The position numbers and the translations under genes are program-made. A stretch of DNA of 60,115 bases, the filler included. It is 6 parts of 6 records of this genome, joined end to end, with 100 filler letters (N's around TTAATTAATTAA, not from the genome) between each part and the next. Parts side by side here need not be neighbours in the genome. Positions count along the whole stretch, not along the records: positions 1 to 13,266 come from SRR31147125_3430; positions 13,367 to 25,061 come from SRR31147125_3431; 4 more parts are not named here. The stretch is one strand, 5' to 3'. The notes under the pieces are model-generated. The model did not search any database. It saw nothing but the letters and a program-made list of their open reading frames with translations, and was not told the DNA's origin. Below are positions 10,426 through 23,200 of the stretch, piece by piece (positions within the stretch are counted from its first letter, which is position 1; each line of letters begins with the position of its first letter).

Positions 10426-11045
10426 ATGGCAGATATTAATAAAACGATAGATAATCTTAACCAAAAGGGCTTTATTGCAAAGAGTTTTAAAAGCATGTCG
10501 CAGGCAAAGCAGGAGATACTCAAACTGATAGATGCTGATAAGTCTGTTGGTACTGGAGGCACTGTTACGGCGAGAGATTCTGGTATACTTTCTGATCTTA
10601 GAGAGAAAGGATGCGAGGTTCACTCTTATATGTTAGATACTCCAACAGATGCGGCAAATAGAATAGATATTATGCTAAAAGCGATTGCATCGGATTTCTT
10701 TTTGACATCATCAAATGCAATTACAGAAACAGGAACACTTGTTAATATCGATGGTAATGGTAACAGAGTTTCTACTATGAGCTTTGGTTTTTCTGATGTT
10801 ATAGTTTTAGCAGGAAGCAATAAAATTGTTTCGAACTATAATGAAGCAATAAAAGAATTAAAACAGAAAGTTGCGGGAAAAACGCGCGCAGGCTTTCTTT
10901 AGATACTCCGTGTTCGAAGACGGATACTTGTAGCAATTGTAAACCCTCTGATGTGAGAATGTGCAATGTTACAACAATAATTGAATATCCTATGATGAAC
11001 AGAAATTATTATGTATTTATCGTAGATGGGGAATGGGGTTATTAG
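10426..11045 (+). CDS. LUD-domain (lactate utilisation LutC/YkgG-like) protein with a Cys-rich C-terminus; frameshift near 10850-10885
   Basis: FLTSSNAITETGTLVNIDGNGNRV...AGSNKIV continues in another frame as NARRLSLDTPCSKTDTCSNCKPSDVRMCN...GEWGY*. Confidence 0.8.
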
Positions 11046-11053
11046 ACGAAAAT

Positions 11054-13189
11054 ATGGATATGATTATAAATACGCTTTCAAAAGAGCTTGGAATTAGTAA
11101 AACGCAGATAAAAAAAGCGGTTGAATTGTTAGATGAAGGAAACACTGTACCTTTTATTGCTAGATATAGAAAAGAAGTTACGGGCGGTTTAACAGATGAA
11201 CAGCTTAGAGATATAAGCGAGAGACTTGATTATTTAAGAAATTTAAATAAACGAAAAGAAGAAGTTATAAAACTGATAGGCGAACAAGGTAAGCTTACAG
11301 ACGAACTTAATCAAAAGATATTTTTAGCAAAAACACTTACCGAAGTTGAAGACCTATATAGACCTTATAAAAAGAAAAGAGAAACAAGAGCAACAAAAGC
11401 AAAAGCAAAAGGACTTGAACCACTTGCTGATTTAATTTTAGCAAAAGAGCTTAGCGAAAACGCAATAAAAGAGAAAGCAAAGCTTTTTGTTGATTCAGAA
11501 AAAGGAGTAGAAAACGCATCTGATGCTATTAAAGGCGCGATGGATATTGTTGCGGAGGTTGTTTCTGATAATGCTGAACTTAGAAAGAAAGTAAGGATGG
11601 CTGCAAGGCTAAAAGGGAGTATTAATTCTAGTGCTAGTACTGATGAGAGTACAGTATATGATATGTACTACGACTTTTCAGAGCCCGTTTCTGCGCTTGC
11701 TCCGCATAGAATATTGGCGTTGAATCGTGCTGAAAAGGAAAAAGTTTTAAGCGTAAAAGTAGATTTAGACGAAAACGCATGTGTTTCGCTTGTTAAAAAA
11801 TTGGCTGTTGGAGGAAATGGACATTTGACTTTTGAATCTGCTGTTGAGGATTCTTATAAGAGATTGATTTTTCCTTCGACTGAAAGAGAGATTAGAAAAG
11901 AGCTAACGGAAAAAGCAGAACAACAGGCTATAAAGATTTTTAGTGAAAACTTAAAAGGCCTATTGCTTACATCACCGGTTAAAGGCAAAACTGTTTTAGG
12001 ACTAGACCCAGGATACAGGACAGGAAACAAAGTTGCTGTAGTAGATCAAACTGGAAAGGTTTTAGATACTGGCGTTGTTTATATGACTTTGGACAATCAT
12101 AATGTAGAAAAAGCAAAGGATATACTAGAAGGATATATTAAACTCCATCATGTAGATATTGTAGCAATTGGAAATGGAACAGCTTCTAAGGAATCTGAAA
12201 TTGTTGTTGCTGATATGATCCGTGAAAAAAAACTTGATATCAACTATATAGTAGTAAGTGAATCAGGGGCTTCGGTTTATTCTGCTTCAAAGCTTGCTAG
12301 AGAGGAATTCCCTGAATATGATGTATCGCTAAGATCTGCAGTATCGATAGCAAGAAGATTGCAAGACCCGTTGGCTGAGCTTGTTAAGATTGACCCTAAA
12401 TCTATTGGTGTTGGTCAATACCAGCATGATGTTAACCAAAAAAAGCTAAATGAAACTTTGGGCGGCGTCGTTGAATATTGTGTTAATGAGGTTGGTGTAG
12501 ATTTAAATACAGCATCGCCTTCGCTTTTAAAATATATTGCTGGGATATCGGCAGGTGTTGCGAATAATATTGTTGAGTACCGCGATACAAAAGGCGGCTT
12601 TAAAAACCGAAAGCAGCTGATAGATGTTCCAAAACTTGGACCAAAGGTTTTTCAACAATGTGCAGGTTTCTTGCGTATACCTAATGGAGAAAATATTTTA
12701 GACAATACATCAATTCATCCAGAATCATATGATGCCGTTATTTCACTTTTAAAGAGTAAAGACCTATCTTTAGATAAAGATGCAATTGCTAAACTGCGTA
12801 GTGATATGAACAATTATGATGTAGAAGATATAGCAAAATCACTAGGTATTGGCGTACCTACCTTAATGGATATTTTAAGCGAACTTAAAAAACCAGGTCG
12901 CGACCCGCGTGAAGATTTTGAACCACCAGTTTTAAAGAGCGATATTATGCACTTAGAAGATTTGAAAGAGGGCATGATTTTAACTGGTACGGTTAGAAAT
13001 GTTGTTGACTTTGGTGCTTTTGTGGATATTGGTGTTCATCAAGATGGGCTTGTGCATATTTCGGAGATATCAGAAACATTCATAAAGCATCCTTTAGATG
13101 CAGTTAAGGTTGGCGATGTTGTTGAAGTTAAGGTTATGGGCGTTGAGCCAGCTAAGAAGAGGATATCGCTTACTATGAAAAATATATAG
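11054..13189 (+). CDS. tex: Tex-family S1 RNA-binding transcriptional accessory protein
   Basis: LLDEGNTVPFIARYRKE, LDPGYRTG, SIGVGQYQHD, HhH repeats, C-terminal S1 (DFGAFVDIGVHQDGLVHIS). Confidence 0.96.
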   Translation: MDMIINTLSKELGISKTQIKKAVELLDEGNTVPFIARYRKEVTGGLTDEQLRDISERLDYLRNLNKRKEEVIKLIGEQGKLTDELNQKIFLAKTLTEVEDLYRPYKKKRETRATKAKAKGLEPLADLILAKELSENAIKEKAKLFVDSEKGVENASDAIKGAMDIVAEVVSDNAELRKKVRMAARLKGSINSSASTDESTVYDMYYDFSEPVSALAPHRILALNRAEKEKVLSVKVDLDENACVSLVKKLAVGGNGHLTFESAVEDSYKRLIFPSTEREIRKELTEKAEQQAIKIFSENLKGLLLTSPVKGKTVLGLDPGYRTGNKVAVVDQTGKVLDTGVVYMTLDNHNVEKAKDILEGYIKLHHVDIVAIGNGTASKESEIVVADMIREKKLDINYIVVSESGASVYSASKLAREEFPEYDVSLRSAVSIARRLQDPLAELVKIDPKSIGVGQYQHDVNQKKLNETLGGVVEYCVNEVGVDLNTASPSLLKYIAGISAGVANNIVEYRDTKGGFKNRKQLIDVPKLGPKVFQQCAGFLRIPNGENILDNTSIHPESYDAVISLLKSKDLSLDKDAIAKLRSDMNNYDVEDIAKSLGIGVPTLMDILSELKKPGRDPREDFEPPVLKSDIMHLEDLKEGMILTGTVRNVVDFGAFVDIGVHQDGLVHISEISETFIKHPLDAVKVGDVVEVKVMGVEPAKKRISLTMKNI

Positions 13190-13238
13190 TACGAACAAAA
13201 ACCAATAAAAAGAATTAATTTTAAAGCATTTACATATA

Positions 13239-13266
13239 TGAACTGCACCCCAAAAGTTGAACAAAC
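13239..13266 (+). mobile_element. Terminal inverted repeat of an IS3-family (IS150 group) element at the contig end
   Basis: TGAACTGCACCCCAAAAGTTGAACA resembles IS861/IS150-group ends (from recall); the assembly breaks right there. Confidence 0.7.
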
Positions 13267-13366
13267 NNNNNNNNNNNNNNNNNNNNNNNNNNNNNNNNNN
13301 NNNNNNNNNNTTAATTAATTAANNNNNNNNNNNNNNNNNNNNNNNNNNNNNNNNNNNNNNNNNNNN
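13267..13366. other. Artificial contig spacer
   Basis: N44-TTAATTAATTAA-N44 (stops in all six frames). Confidence 0.99.
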
Positions 13367-13367
13367 A

Positions 13368-16319
13368 AAAAAAGAGGGTGATCCGATTGATTTAATCCAA
13401 CACAGCTCAACATGGCCATCCCATGATCGGACGTTTAAAGAATGGATCGATCAGTTTTGCCGTGAAAGTGAATATTCCATTACGGGTGAACAATTTTACT
13501 CTCTTTTTAACATATTGGGATACGGCCTGGGGGAGAACTTCTGCCGCATCCAGGGGGCTTGGTCGAATTCCGGTCAGGCGGTGTGTCGGATCAACCTCAA
13601 GCAGGTTGAGCTCACAAAGCCGTACCATCTCTATCCCGGTTTCATCGATGCCATGCTTCAATCCCTGGTATTTGGCGCACCGGCGGTTTTGAAACAGATG
13701 CAGGAACAAAAAAAGATTTTGATTCCCTTTGCCCTTGAAAAAGTTGATTTTCTGGGCCTACCGACTCAAGAAGATGTGATCTGTCATGTAAAAACAACCC
13801 TCGAAACCGATTTTATCCATGGGGACATTACGGTTTACACGCCAAACGGCCTCCCACTGATCCACTTCTCAGAAGTTACGGTTCGCCTCACGGAAGAAGC
13901 AACGCTTCTCAAAAATCCGGATTTAAGGACTGAGAATAAACACAGATCTTCAGATTCGGCTGCGTTGAATGAGAAACACTTTCCAGCCACTTACACCATA
14001 GAGTGGAAAGAGATTGACACGACACAAAACCTCCCCCAGGATTCCGATTATAATGGTCAAGAAGCTGCCCAGCCCCCAAAAAAATCGGCTCAAACAGAAC
14101 ATTCTTCGACGACTTATCTGATCATCACCAGTACTCCCGACATCGGCAGTGAGATCGTAAAGCGATTGATTCGACTCGGCATTGATAGATCAGCATGTAA
14201 ACTTCTCCCTAAAACGTACATGACGCAGGGCAAAACCAGCTTCGAGTCACTCATCAAATCAAAAAATAACGATCATCAAATCAAAATTTTGTATCTGTGG
14301 GAGACGGATGCGTTAACCGATTTAACCCATGCCACTCATCTGTTCCAAACCCTTGTTGAAACCGGAATTGAAGCAAAATTTTTCGGTATTACTCAAGGCG
14401 CTTATCCGATTGAAAACGATACAACAGGAAACCGGAAAAAGTCAAAATTTCATGGAAGCCTTGAGGAAACAACACTTCCCGGAAACGCAATTCAACAAGC
14501 ATTCTGGGGATTTGGAAAAACTGTTGCATTGGAACACTCTGATCTGTTTGGCGGCTTCATCGATCTTTCAAGCCGTCCCTCTCCAATTGAAATTGATCAA
14601 TTTGTTTTTGATCTCACTTCCGAGCCTTCCATTGATTTGCGTGCTTATCGAGTATCGGCCCATTCGAATCTATCGAATAACAGCCATGTCAGGCCACCTG
14701 CCGCAACAATAGATGCCAATCAAAGCCCGCACAACAGCGGAAATTTTCATATAAACCGTGATAACCGTCAGTGCACCGTTTCGATTCCCACGATCCAACC
14801 GACGTCCTATCCGTCGCATCCAAATAAAAGAGAATTCGGCAACACCTATCTTGATCCCCGGGGAACCTATCTCATCACCGGTGCTTTCGGCGGACTAGGT
14901 CTTCCCATTACCGAAAAACTTCTTGAACTGGGCGCAAAGAACATCCGGCTTTTAGGTCGTAGGGCCCCTTCATCGGAATTTCTCAATGCGTTGACTTTGC
15001 TAAAGCAGCAATACGATGAACGCAGTGACGGCAATGCCGGCGGTGACACCATCACCATCAAAATCGTACCGGCAGATGTCTCAGATCGAGATGACTTGGC
15101 CTGTGTACTGGATGCCGTACCAAATGAACGACCGCTAAAAGGGGTTCTTCACCTCGCAGGTATCAGAAGAGATGCCTTGCTGCCGCGCCAAACATCCGAC
15201 AGCATTACAGACGTTCTGATGCCGAAAGCTCTGGGCGCTTGGAATCTTCACACCCTATTGCAAGATGTTCATCTCGATTTTTTTATCCTATTTTCTTCAG
15301 CCGCTTCCTTTCTCGGCAGTCAAGGACAGGCAAACTATGCGGCTGCCAATGCTTTTCTGGATGGGCTTACTTGCTACCGACACGCCATGGGACTGCCTGC
15401 GCTCAGCATCCAGTGGGGTCCATGGGCAGAGACGGGCATGGCTGCAGTCGAGGGTGCCGTACAAGAAAACCTGACCCGACTGGGATTTTCATTTATTGCC
15501 CCTGAACAAGGTGTGGCTGCCCTTGAAAAGTACCTCACCGCAGATAGTGACGTTCACTTCTCAACGCCTCCCTTTGCAGTTTTGAATTGCAACTGGAAGC
15601 GCTATCTCAATCAAACGGAGCAATACGACGTCTCTTTGTTTAAAGAAATTGGAATTCCGCGTCCTATACGCCAGCCGAGCCGTAACGTCGACGGATATTC
15701 CAAGGCACTCTTATGGCAAGGCCTTCAACACCTGTCACAAGATCATCGGAAAAAGGAGCTCGTCAAACGCCTCTCGGACATTGCGGTGGAAGTGAGTGGG
15801 ATCGATATTCCCATTGATCCCGTCCTCCCATTGATGGAACAGGGATTTGACTCATTAATGGCTGTGGAGCTGCGGAATCAACTTCAAAAACAGTGCGGAT
15901 TTTCTTTACCGGTAACACTGCTATTCACCTATCCGGATGTAACGGCGATCAGTGAATGTCTATTTCGTCGCGCCCCTGAACTGAGTGAGAATCAATCTGA
16001 AATTTCGAATCATCTTCCTCAAAAACCTTCGCTTGAGACAGAACGCCGCTATTCCGACGATTCAGACCCGGAACAGCCCGACGTCAAAGACACTGCCGTC
16101 CAATCACCGTCACAAAATAAAAGCTCACACACGTTTGAAAACAATCCCGGAAATTCAGCGGTAACAATCGCGCCCCTAGAGAAAAATGATACGCTTGTAA
16201 GTAATTCTGATCAAGATGCCGAAATTGATTTCAGCTATCTTGATGAGTTGACTCCGGATCAGCTAAATGCACTCATTTCTCAGGATCTGGATCAAATCAA
16301 ACGAGAATGGACTGAATAA
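13368..16319 (+). CDS. Type I modular PKS, C-terminal part (DH-KR-ACP plus docking domain); 5'-truncated
   Basis: Frame is open from the contig start. DH-like YPGFIDAMLQ; KR GAFGGLG, HLAG, GQANYAAAN; ACP GFDSLMAVEL; C-terminal LDELTPDQLNALISQDL. Confidence 0.92.
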   Translation, partial: KKEGDPIDLIQHSSTWPSHDRTFKEWIDQFCRESEYSITGEQFYSLFNILGYGLGENFCRIQGAWSNSGQAVCRINLKQVELTKPYHLYPGFIDAMLQSLVFGAPAVLKQMQEQKKILIPFALEKVDFLGLPTQEDVICHVKTTLETDFIHGDITVYTPNGLPLIHFSEVTVRLTEEATLLKNPDLRTENKHRSSDSAALNEKHFPATYTIEWKEIDTTQNLPQDSDYNGQEAAQPPKKSAQTEHSSTTYLIITSTPDIGSEIVKRLIRLGIDRSACKLLPKTYMTQGKTSFESLIKSKNNDHQIKILYLWETDALTDLTHATHLFQTLVETGIEAKFFGITQGAYPIENDTTGNRKKSKFHGSLEETTLPGNAIQQAFWGFGKTVALEHSDLFGGFIDLSSRPSPIEIDQFVFDLTSEPSIDLRAYRVSAHSNLSNNSHVRPPAATIDANQSPHNSGNFHINRDNRQCTVSIPTIQPTSYPSHPNKREFGNTYLDPRGTYLITGAFGGLGLPITEKLLELGAKNIRLLGRRAPSSEFLNALTLLKQQYDERSDGNAGGDTITIKIVPADVSDRDDLACVLDAVPNERPLKGVLHLAGIRRDALLPRQTSDSITDVLMPKALGAWNLHTLLQDVHLDFFILFSSAASFLGSQGQANYAAANAFLDGLTCYRHAMGLPALSIQWGPWAETGMAAVEGAVQENLTRLGFSFIAPEQGVAALEKYLTADSDVHFSTPPFAVLNCNWKRYLNQTEQYDVSLFKEIGIPRPIRQPSRNVDGYSKALLWQGLQHLSQDHRKKELVKRLSDIAVEVSGIDIPIDPVLPLMEQGFDSLMAVELRNQLQKQCGFSLPVTLLFTYPDVTAISECLFRRAPELSENQSEISNHLPQKPSLETERRYSDDSDPEQPDVKDTAVQSPSQNKSSHTFENNPGNSAVTIAPLEKNDTLVSNSDQDAEIDFSYLDELTPDQLNALISQDLDQIKREWTE

Positions 16320-16342
16320 CATTGGTATTAAAAAGAAAAAGA

Positions 16343-17268
16343 ATGAACTCATTTAAATTGTCCATATCTCCCCCCATAAAAACCGCATTCAAAAAACCGA
16401 TGGAGCTGGCTGCCGATGCCCTCTTTTTTGCTGCCGACGGGCTATCGGATCTGGCGCGTATTTTACACTACCAAAGGGTGGCGAACATTGAGTTCAAACA
16501 CAGACCGGATGACATTTTCATCGTCACTTATCCCAGATCCGGCACCACCTGGCTGCAAATGATCATGTATCAACTGATCAGTGACGGAAAAATGGAGATT
16601 GATCATATTGCCCAAAAAGTTCCCTGGTTTGAGCGACTGATCCACTACCGAATATGGGGGCCCGAGGAGTTTGAAACGATGCCCTCTCCCAGGATTTTCA
16701 AGTGCCACTTACCGGTAAATGAAATGCCGAAAGGAACGGGAAAATGCATCTATGTGGCTCGAAACGGATTTGATGTGGCTGTCTCTTACTTTGAGTTTTA
16801 CCGTTCACATCTGGATTTCAAAGGAAATTTCGATCAGTTCCTGAAACGATTTATCAAAGGTGATGTTCAATTCGGAAGCTGGTTTTCCCATGTGTCATCA
16901 TGGAAAAGAGTGGTGGAAAAAGGAAACAGCGCTCAAACGGGTGCCCCCCTCAAGTCCTCTTTTTGACATTCGAAGATTTGAAAAACGACTTTGAATCCCA
17001 GCTGGATAAAATCATATCCTTTACCGGATTTGACATTCCCAATAGCCGACGGCCCGGTATTATCGAACGATGCGGATTTGATTTCATGAAAGACCATGAA
17101 GAAAAATTCGATCACATTACAGCTCAAATTTGGGAGAAAAACTATAGACGGGCCGCTTTCATTAGAAAAGGCAACTCCGGCAGCGGTCACATCCAGTTTT
17201 CCAACACCCAAAAAGAAGCATTTCAACGCACATTGAAGCAATTTCACATCGAGACCCTATGCCCATGA
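16343..17268 (+). CDS. PAPS-dependent sulfotransferase (Sulfotransfer_1/SULT-like); frameshift in the C-run at about 16944-16949
   Basis: RPDDIFIVTYPRSGTTW (5'-PSB), YVARNGFDVAVSY (3'-PB), FGSWFSHV, LFLTFEDLK, and RKGNSG in the second frame. Confidence 0.88.
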
Positions 17269-20200
17269 CCCATTCATCCGCCACCGTCACCAACCAGACC
17301 GATACATTAAAACGACTCTACATCACCCTGAAACAGACCCAAAGTAAGCTTTCCAAGCTGAGGGCTGCAGCCAAGGAACCCATTGCCGTGATCGGCATGG
17401 CATGCCGATTTCCAGGAGGAGCGGACACCCCGGAAAAATTCTGGAATCTGCTGATGGAGGGAAAGGATGCCGTCATCGACGCCCCTTCGGATCGATGGAA
17501 CGGTGATGCCTGGCTTGATGAAGACCCCAATGCTCCGGGTAAAATGTTTACCATTCAGGGCGGATTTCTGACGGAACCGGTGGACACGTTTGATGCGGCG
17601 TTTTTCAACATCTCTCCCAAGGAAGCGAGGGCACTCGATCCCCAGCAACGGATGCTTCTGGAGGTGAGTCGTGACGCCTTTGAAAACGCAGGGATTGCCC
17701 CATTCGGGCTAAAAGGCAGTGCCTGCGGTGTTTTCCTTGGGATGTCAAGCGACGATTACGCACTGGCCCATCGTCATTCAGGAGACCACGAAGTAATCGA
17801 CGCCTATGCCATCACCGGCACCACGTTTTCAACCGCCTGCGGACGTCTCTCTTACACCTACGGATTCCAAGGCCCTTCCATGACTGTGGATACAGCCTGT
17901 TCATCGGCACTCACGGCAGTTCACCTGGCCTGCAAAAGTCTTCGAAGTAAAGAGTCCGAGATGGCTTTGGTGGGCGGAATCAACCTGATGCTCTCACCGG
18001 AATCCCATGTCTGCTTTTCCAAACTTCGCGCCATATCTCCGGACGGTCGATGCAAATCCTTTTCCGCTGATGCCAACGGTTACGTGCGGGGTGAAGGCTG
18101 CGGACTTGTCATTTTGAAGCGCCTTTCAGATGCACAAAAAGACAACGACCGAATTTTAGGACTCATCCGGGGGAGCGCCGTCAATCAGGACGGCAAAAGC
18201 AACGGATTGACCGCCCCCAACGGCAACGCCCAGAAAAAAGTGATATTGTCCGCCCTGGAAGACGCCGGGTTGCCGCCGGAAAATGTGGGATTCATAGAAA
18301 CCCATGGGACTGGAACTTCATTGGGAGACCCGATTGAGGCGGAAGCCGTCGGTGAGGTATTCGGCCCCCATTTTTCCATGGACCGAAAGCTGATCATCGG
18401 ATCCTGCAAGACCAACATCGGCCATCTGGAGCCTGCTTCAGGTATCGCGGCCCTCATCAAAACCGTGCTTTGCCTACAACACGGAACGATTCCTCCCAAT
18501 CTCCATTTCAATACCCCCAGCCCGTTCATCCCCTGGGATGAGGTTCCGCTTTTTGTGCCCCGAATGCCCATGGCGTGGAAACCGAATGAAAAGCCACCCG
18601 AGAAGGATCATGTGAAAAATGAACAAAATAGGATTCACAATGGGCAACGGAATGAACAGAAGAGGGGATGGAAAGATGATGAGAAAAAAATAAGCATCGG
18701 TGAACGTGTCGCCGGCATCAACGCATTCGGTTTTTCCGGTACCAACGTTCATATCATTATCAGTGAAACGCCCCTCACCACTTCCGTCCCGGATACCGTA
18801 CATGATTTTAATCCGACTAAAGCCGATGATCGTAGTGAACAAAATGCGTTCAATGATTTAAAAGAGACCGGGCTCGATAACCCATCCAGCCCGGCAAATG
18901 GAAACACCAACCATTTGCTGCCCATCTCCGCTAAAAGCGAAGCGGCACTCACATCATTACAGGATCGTTACCTGACATATCTGGAGCACCCGGAAAATCG
19001 ACATTCTCTTGCAGCGATCTGTAACACGGCGACTTGCGGTAGAGATCATTTCGCTTATCGAATGGCGGCAGTGGGCAGTACTCCCGAAGCGCTCATCAAA
19101 GGGCTTTCCAAACAGTCACCGATCAAAAGCGGCGCGGCACCTTCAACCGCCTTTCTTTTTACGGGTCAAGGGTCCCAATATCCCGGTATGGGGTTTGGCC
19201 TTTATCAGGCCGGATCTGTTTTCAAAGAAACCCTTGATTTATGCAACGAAATCTTGACACCGCTTTTGAACACCTCTTTGACTCAGCTTCTCTACAATCG
19301 GGAATCAAATCCGGATGCGTTGGCCGAAATCTTGAGTCAAACCCGTTTCACCCAACCGGCGCTTTTTGCCGTGGAGTATGCCCTCTATTCGTACTGGCGC
19401 TCTTTGGGAATCGTTCCCGATTTCATGATGGGGCACAGCGTTGGAGAGTATGTGGCGGCCTGTGCGGCCGGGTTGTTCTCTTTGGAGGATGGGCTGATGT
19501 TGATCTGCAGGCGAGCAGAGCTGATGCAGGGCCTCCCCTCAGGCGGAGCCATGGCTGCCGTGATGGCCAATGGCACCCAGGTTGCAGATGTTGTTTCAAA
19601 AGGAGGGTACACCATCTCCGTCGCCGCATACAATGGTCCCAAACAGACCGTCATTTCGGGTGCCGCGGCTGATGTGGACGCTGTCACAAGAGCATTCAAA
19701 GAGCAGGGAATGAAAGTGGCAACGCTTGTCGTCTCCCACGCCTTTCACTCCCACTTGATGAATCCGATTCTCGATGAGTTCGAGAAAACAGCCGCATCCA
19801 TTGCGTTCAAGAAGCCGTCGATCCGACTCATCTCAAATGTGTCCGGAGAAATCGGCGGAGAAGAGATGGCAGACGCCGCCTATTGGCGCAATCACATCAG
19901 ACAACCCGTACAGTTTTTAAAAAGCATGCAGACCCTTCACCGCGAGGGGGTGACGGTTTATGTTGAAGCGGGTCCCAAGCCGACCTTACTGGGAATGGGA
20001 AAAGCCGCCCTTTCCGATACCAAGGCAGAGTGGTTGCCGAGTCTCAGATCCGGACAACCCGACCGCCATGTCCTGTTCACAAGCCTTGGTAAGCTTTACA
20101 CTGCCGGTTTTGAGATCGACTGGAATCCGCTTCATAAAACCGATCTTGGAAAACCGGTGACGCTGCCCAACTACCCTTTTGAAAAAAAACGGTTCTGGAT

Positions 20201-23200
20201 GCCTATCCCATCGGCTTCAGGCCCTGGAGAAAGTTCAAGAATTACCCATTTTGAACGCAATGAACTTCACCCCTCAGGTGTGCGTTATGCCCCCCAAATC
20301 CGCATCAGGCAGATGGATCATCACATGCGCATAATGCGTCATCACGCCTCCATCCTTTGATCGATCGAAAAGTTACCTCACCGCTCCTTCAGAAGATTCT
20401 TTTTGAAACGACTTTCAGCCAAGATGCCCTCCCCTTTCTGGATGATCACCGCATCTTCGAACGAATGGTTGTCTCTGCCGCATCCCATCTCTCTTTACTT
20501 CAAGGGGCGGCAATAAATCTGTTTTCGGAATCAGGGTGCAGTATCGAAGACATTCTCTTCACACAGGCTCTGGTGATTCCCGAAGATCACCCCAAAACGG
20601 TGCAACTGATTTTGACACCGGTGAACGACGCGTCCCCTTCAGTCACCGATGAGTTGTCAGTCGGCATCAAATTGATTCGAGAACAGCATAAACCAAGAGC
20701 AGAAAAAGCCCGGACATTTGACTTTTCCATCATCAGTTTCTTTCCGGGTGAAGACCATTTCACGCAGCATGTCACCGGTAGAATCGCACCAAAGAAGCCG
20801 ACGGAACAAATAGGCCGACTTTCGCTCTCCAACGGGTGGCAACACTGTACGACCCATTGGGATGCTGGAGAGGTTTACGAATTCCAGAAGCAACGTCAAA
20901 TTTCTCTGGGACCGACCTACCGCTGGATCGATTCCATTCGCACCGGCAGCCGTCAGGCAGTCTGCCGATTAGTGCCTCCCATCGGGCTGGACTTCCAATC
21001 CTGGGGTCTGCATCCGGGGCTCATCGATTCCTGTTTCGGCTTGATGGTGACGGCCGCCGGGGGAGATCCGGATGCCACGTACATTCCTTTTGCTCTGGAA
21101 GAATTCCGTTGCCGAAGACAAAGTAAAGGGAAAAACCTCCAAGCCGTCGCTCAAATCCGCCCAACATCTCTTGAATCGAAACCCGAATCCGGTTCTGTAA
21201 CGCCCTCTGAAAAGTTGATTGGCGACATTCAACTTTTTGACCAAGATGGTCTGGTTGCAGAATGGATCGGCCTTGAAGGGCGTCAGGTGGATCCGGCCTC
21301 TTTGTTGAAAGCCGACCTCCATGGCTCAAACTCAGCTCGAGCCGGGGCAACGTCTGAAACGGATGGAATGATTTACGAGGTGCAATGGGAACCCCTTGAA
21401 ATAAATGCCGATACCAGCCCGGGCAATACTGCCCGGGTTGGGCTCAAAGGCGGAGAGTGGATTGTGATTGGAGATACCGATGGGGCTGCAAAATCACTAA
21501 ATGATCGGTTGAACAACATTGGGGCGACATCCAATTGCTGGTCCTGGGATATCCTCTCCGAATTTGATGAAAAGGCCCATGACAATAGCCCATTGCAGAC
21601 AATGCCGGATCCGGATACCGACCTCGAAACTCAACTCAACTCTCCTTCTTTAGAAGGGGTGGTCCATCTTGTATCTTCAGCTTGGGGCAAGAAGGAGGCC
21701 CATGAAAACATTGGGGGGATCAACAATAGGAAGCTGAATTTAAGACTTGAAGCACTGCAAAAAAAAATCTGTGGTCTCCCCCTGACACTTCTAAAAAAAC
21801 TGATTCAACAGAAAAACACCTCAGCGGAAGGACGCCCCCCTCGACTTTTCCTTGTCACCCAGGGGACTCAATCCGTGACTGAAACGGAAAATCGCATCGA
21901 CCCGCATGGCGGGACCTTGTGGGGCCTTGGCCGGGTCATTGCTTTGGAACACCCTGAAGTCAACCTGTCATTGGTAGATCTCGATCCCGATGAAAACATG
22001 GAAATTGCCCTTGACACGCTTGCAGACCTTTTGTCGAAACTTTCTGATGACCTATCCTCTTCAGTAGGAAGCGAATTTCAATTTGCAATCCGGAATAAGA
22101 CACTCTTTATCCCTCGTCTGATACGATCCGGAAATCACCTGTCCCCGACAACCCGATCTACAGCCGATTTTCTAGCCGGATCATCCTCACCATCGAAACC
22201 GGCATTGCCCTTTTCCAAAGCACATAGTTATCTCGTCACCGGTGGAATGGGCGGACTGGGACTGGTGACAGCCAAATGGCTTGCTGAAAACCAAGCCGGT
22301 TGCATTGTCCTTGCCGGGCGTAGTGCCCCTTCAATTGAGGTACAAGAAACCGTTGATTCTCTAAAAGCGAATACCCGGATCTTCGTATCGAAACCCGAAC
22401 GGTCGACATGGCGGATCCCGAGCAGATCAACTCTCTATTCGATGAACTTGAAACCGATCTTCCACCGCTCAATGGCGTCATTCATACTGCCGGCTTCCTA
22501 AACGACGGCATGCTGTCGCAGTTGGAATGGCCGAAATTTTGGGAGGTCATGGCTCCAAAAGTGACCGGCGCCTTTGTGATGGGTCAACGCATCGGCCAGT
22601 TGAAAGAGGATCTCGACCTATTCATCTGCTTCTCATCCATTGTTTCGATTTTGGGGACACCGGCACAGGGCAACTATGCGTCTGCCAACGCCTTTCTGGA
22701 CGGTATCTGCCGACAAAGAAAATCCCAGGGAAAACAAGCTCTTTCCATCAACTGGGGGCCCTTTGATCAAACCGGCATGGCTGCCCGTCTCAGCGAAACA
22801 AATAAAAAACGTATCACTAAACAGGGATTTACATTACTCCCTCCGGAGTTGGGATTGGTTGCACTGGAGAGACTTTTGGCGTCGAATCTCTCGGAGGGTG
22901 CGGTCATGGATGTGAATTGGTACACTTTTATCGACCGATATCATGCCTCTTTATCCTCAACAAGCCGAAGCGGTAATCGCGTTCAACCCGGTGAGCGGTT
23001 CCTGCAATATCTCATTCAATCTGAAAAAGAAAACTCCGAGTCAACATCTGCCAAGTCAAACATTACAGCATCACCACGCACCGAGCGGTCATATACCTGG
23101 CTCACCGAGTTGATTCAAGTCCCCGAATATGACCGTCAAGCGTGGTTATTCAATAAAATTCAGTCCGCGACCGCAGAAAGTCTGGGACTGGAAGAACCGG

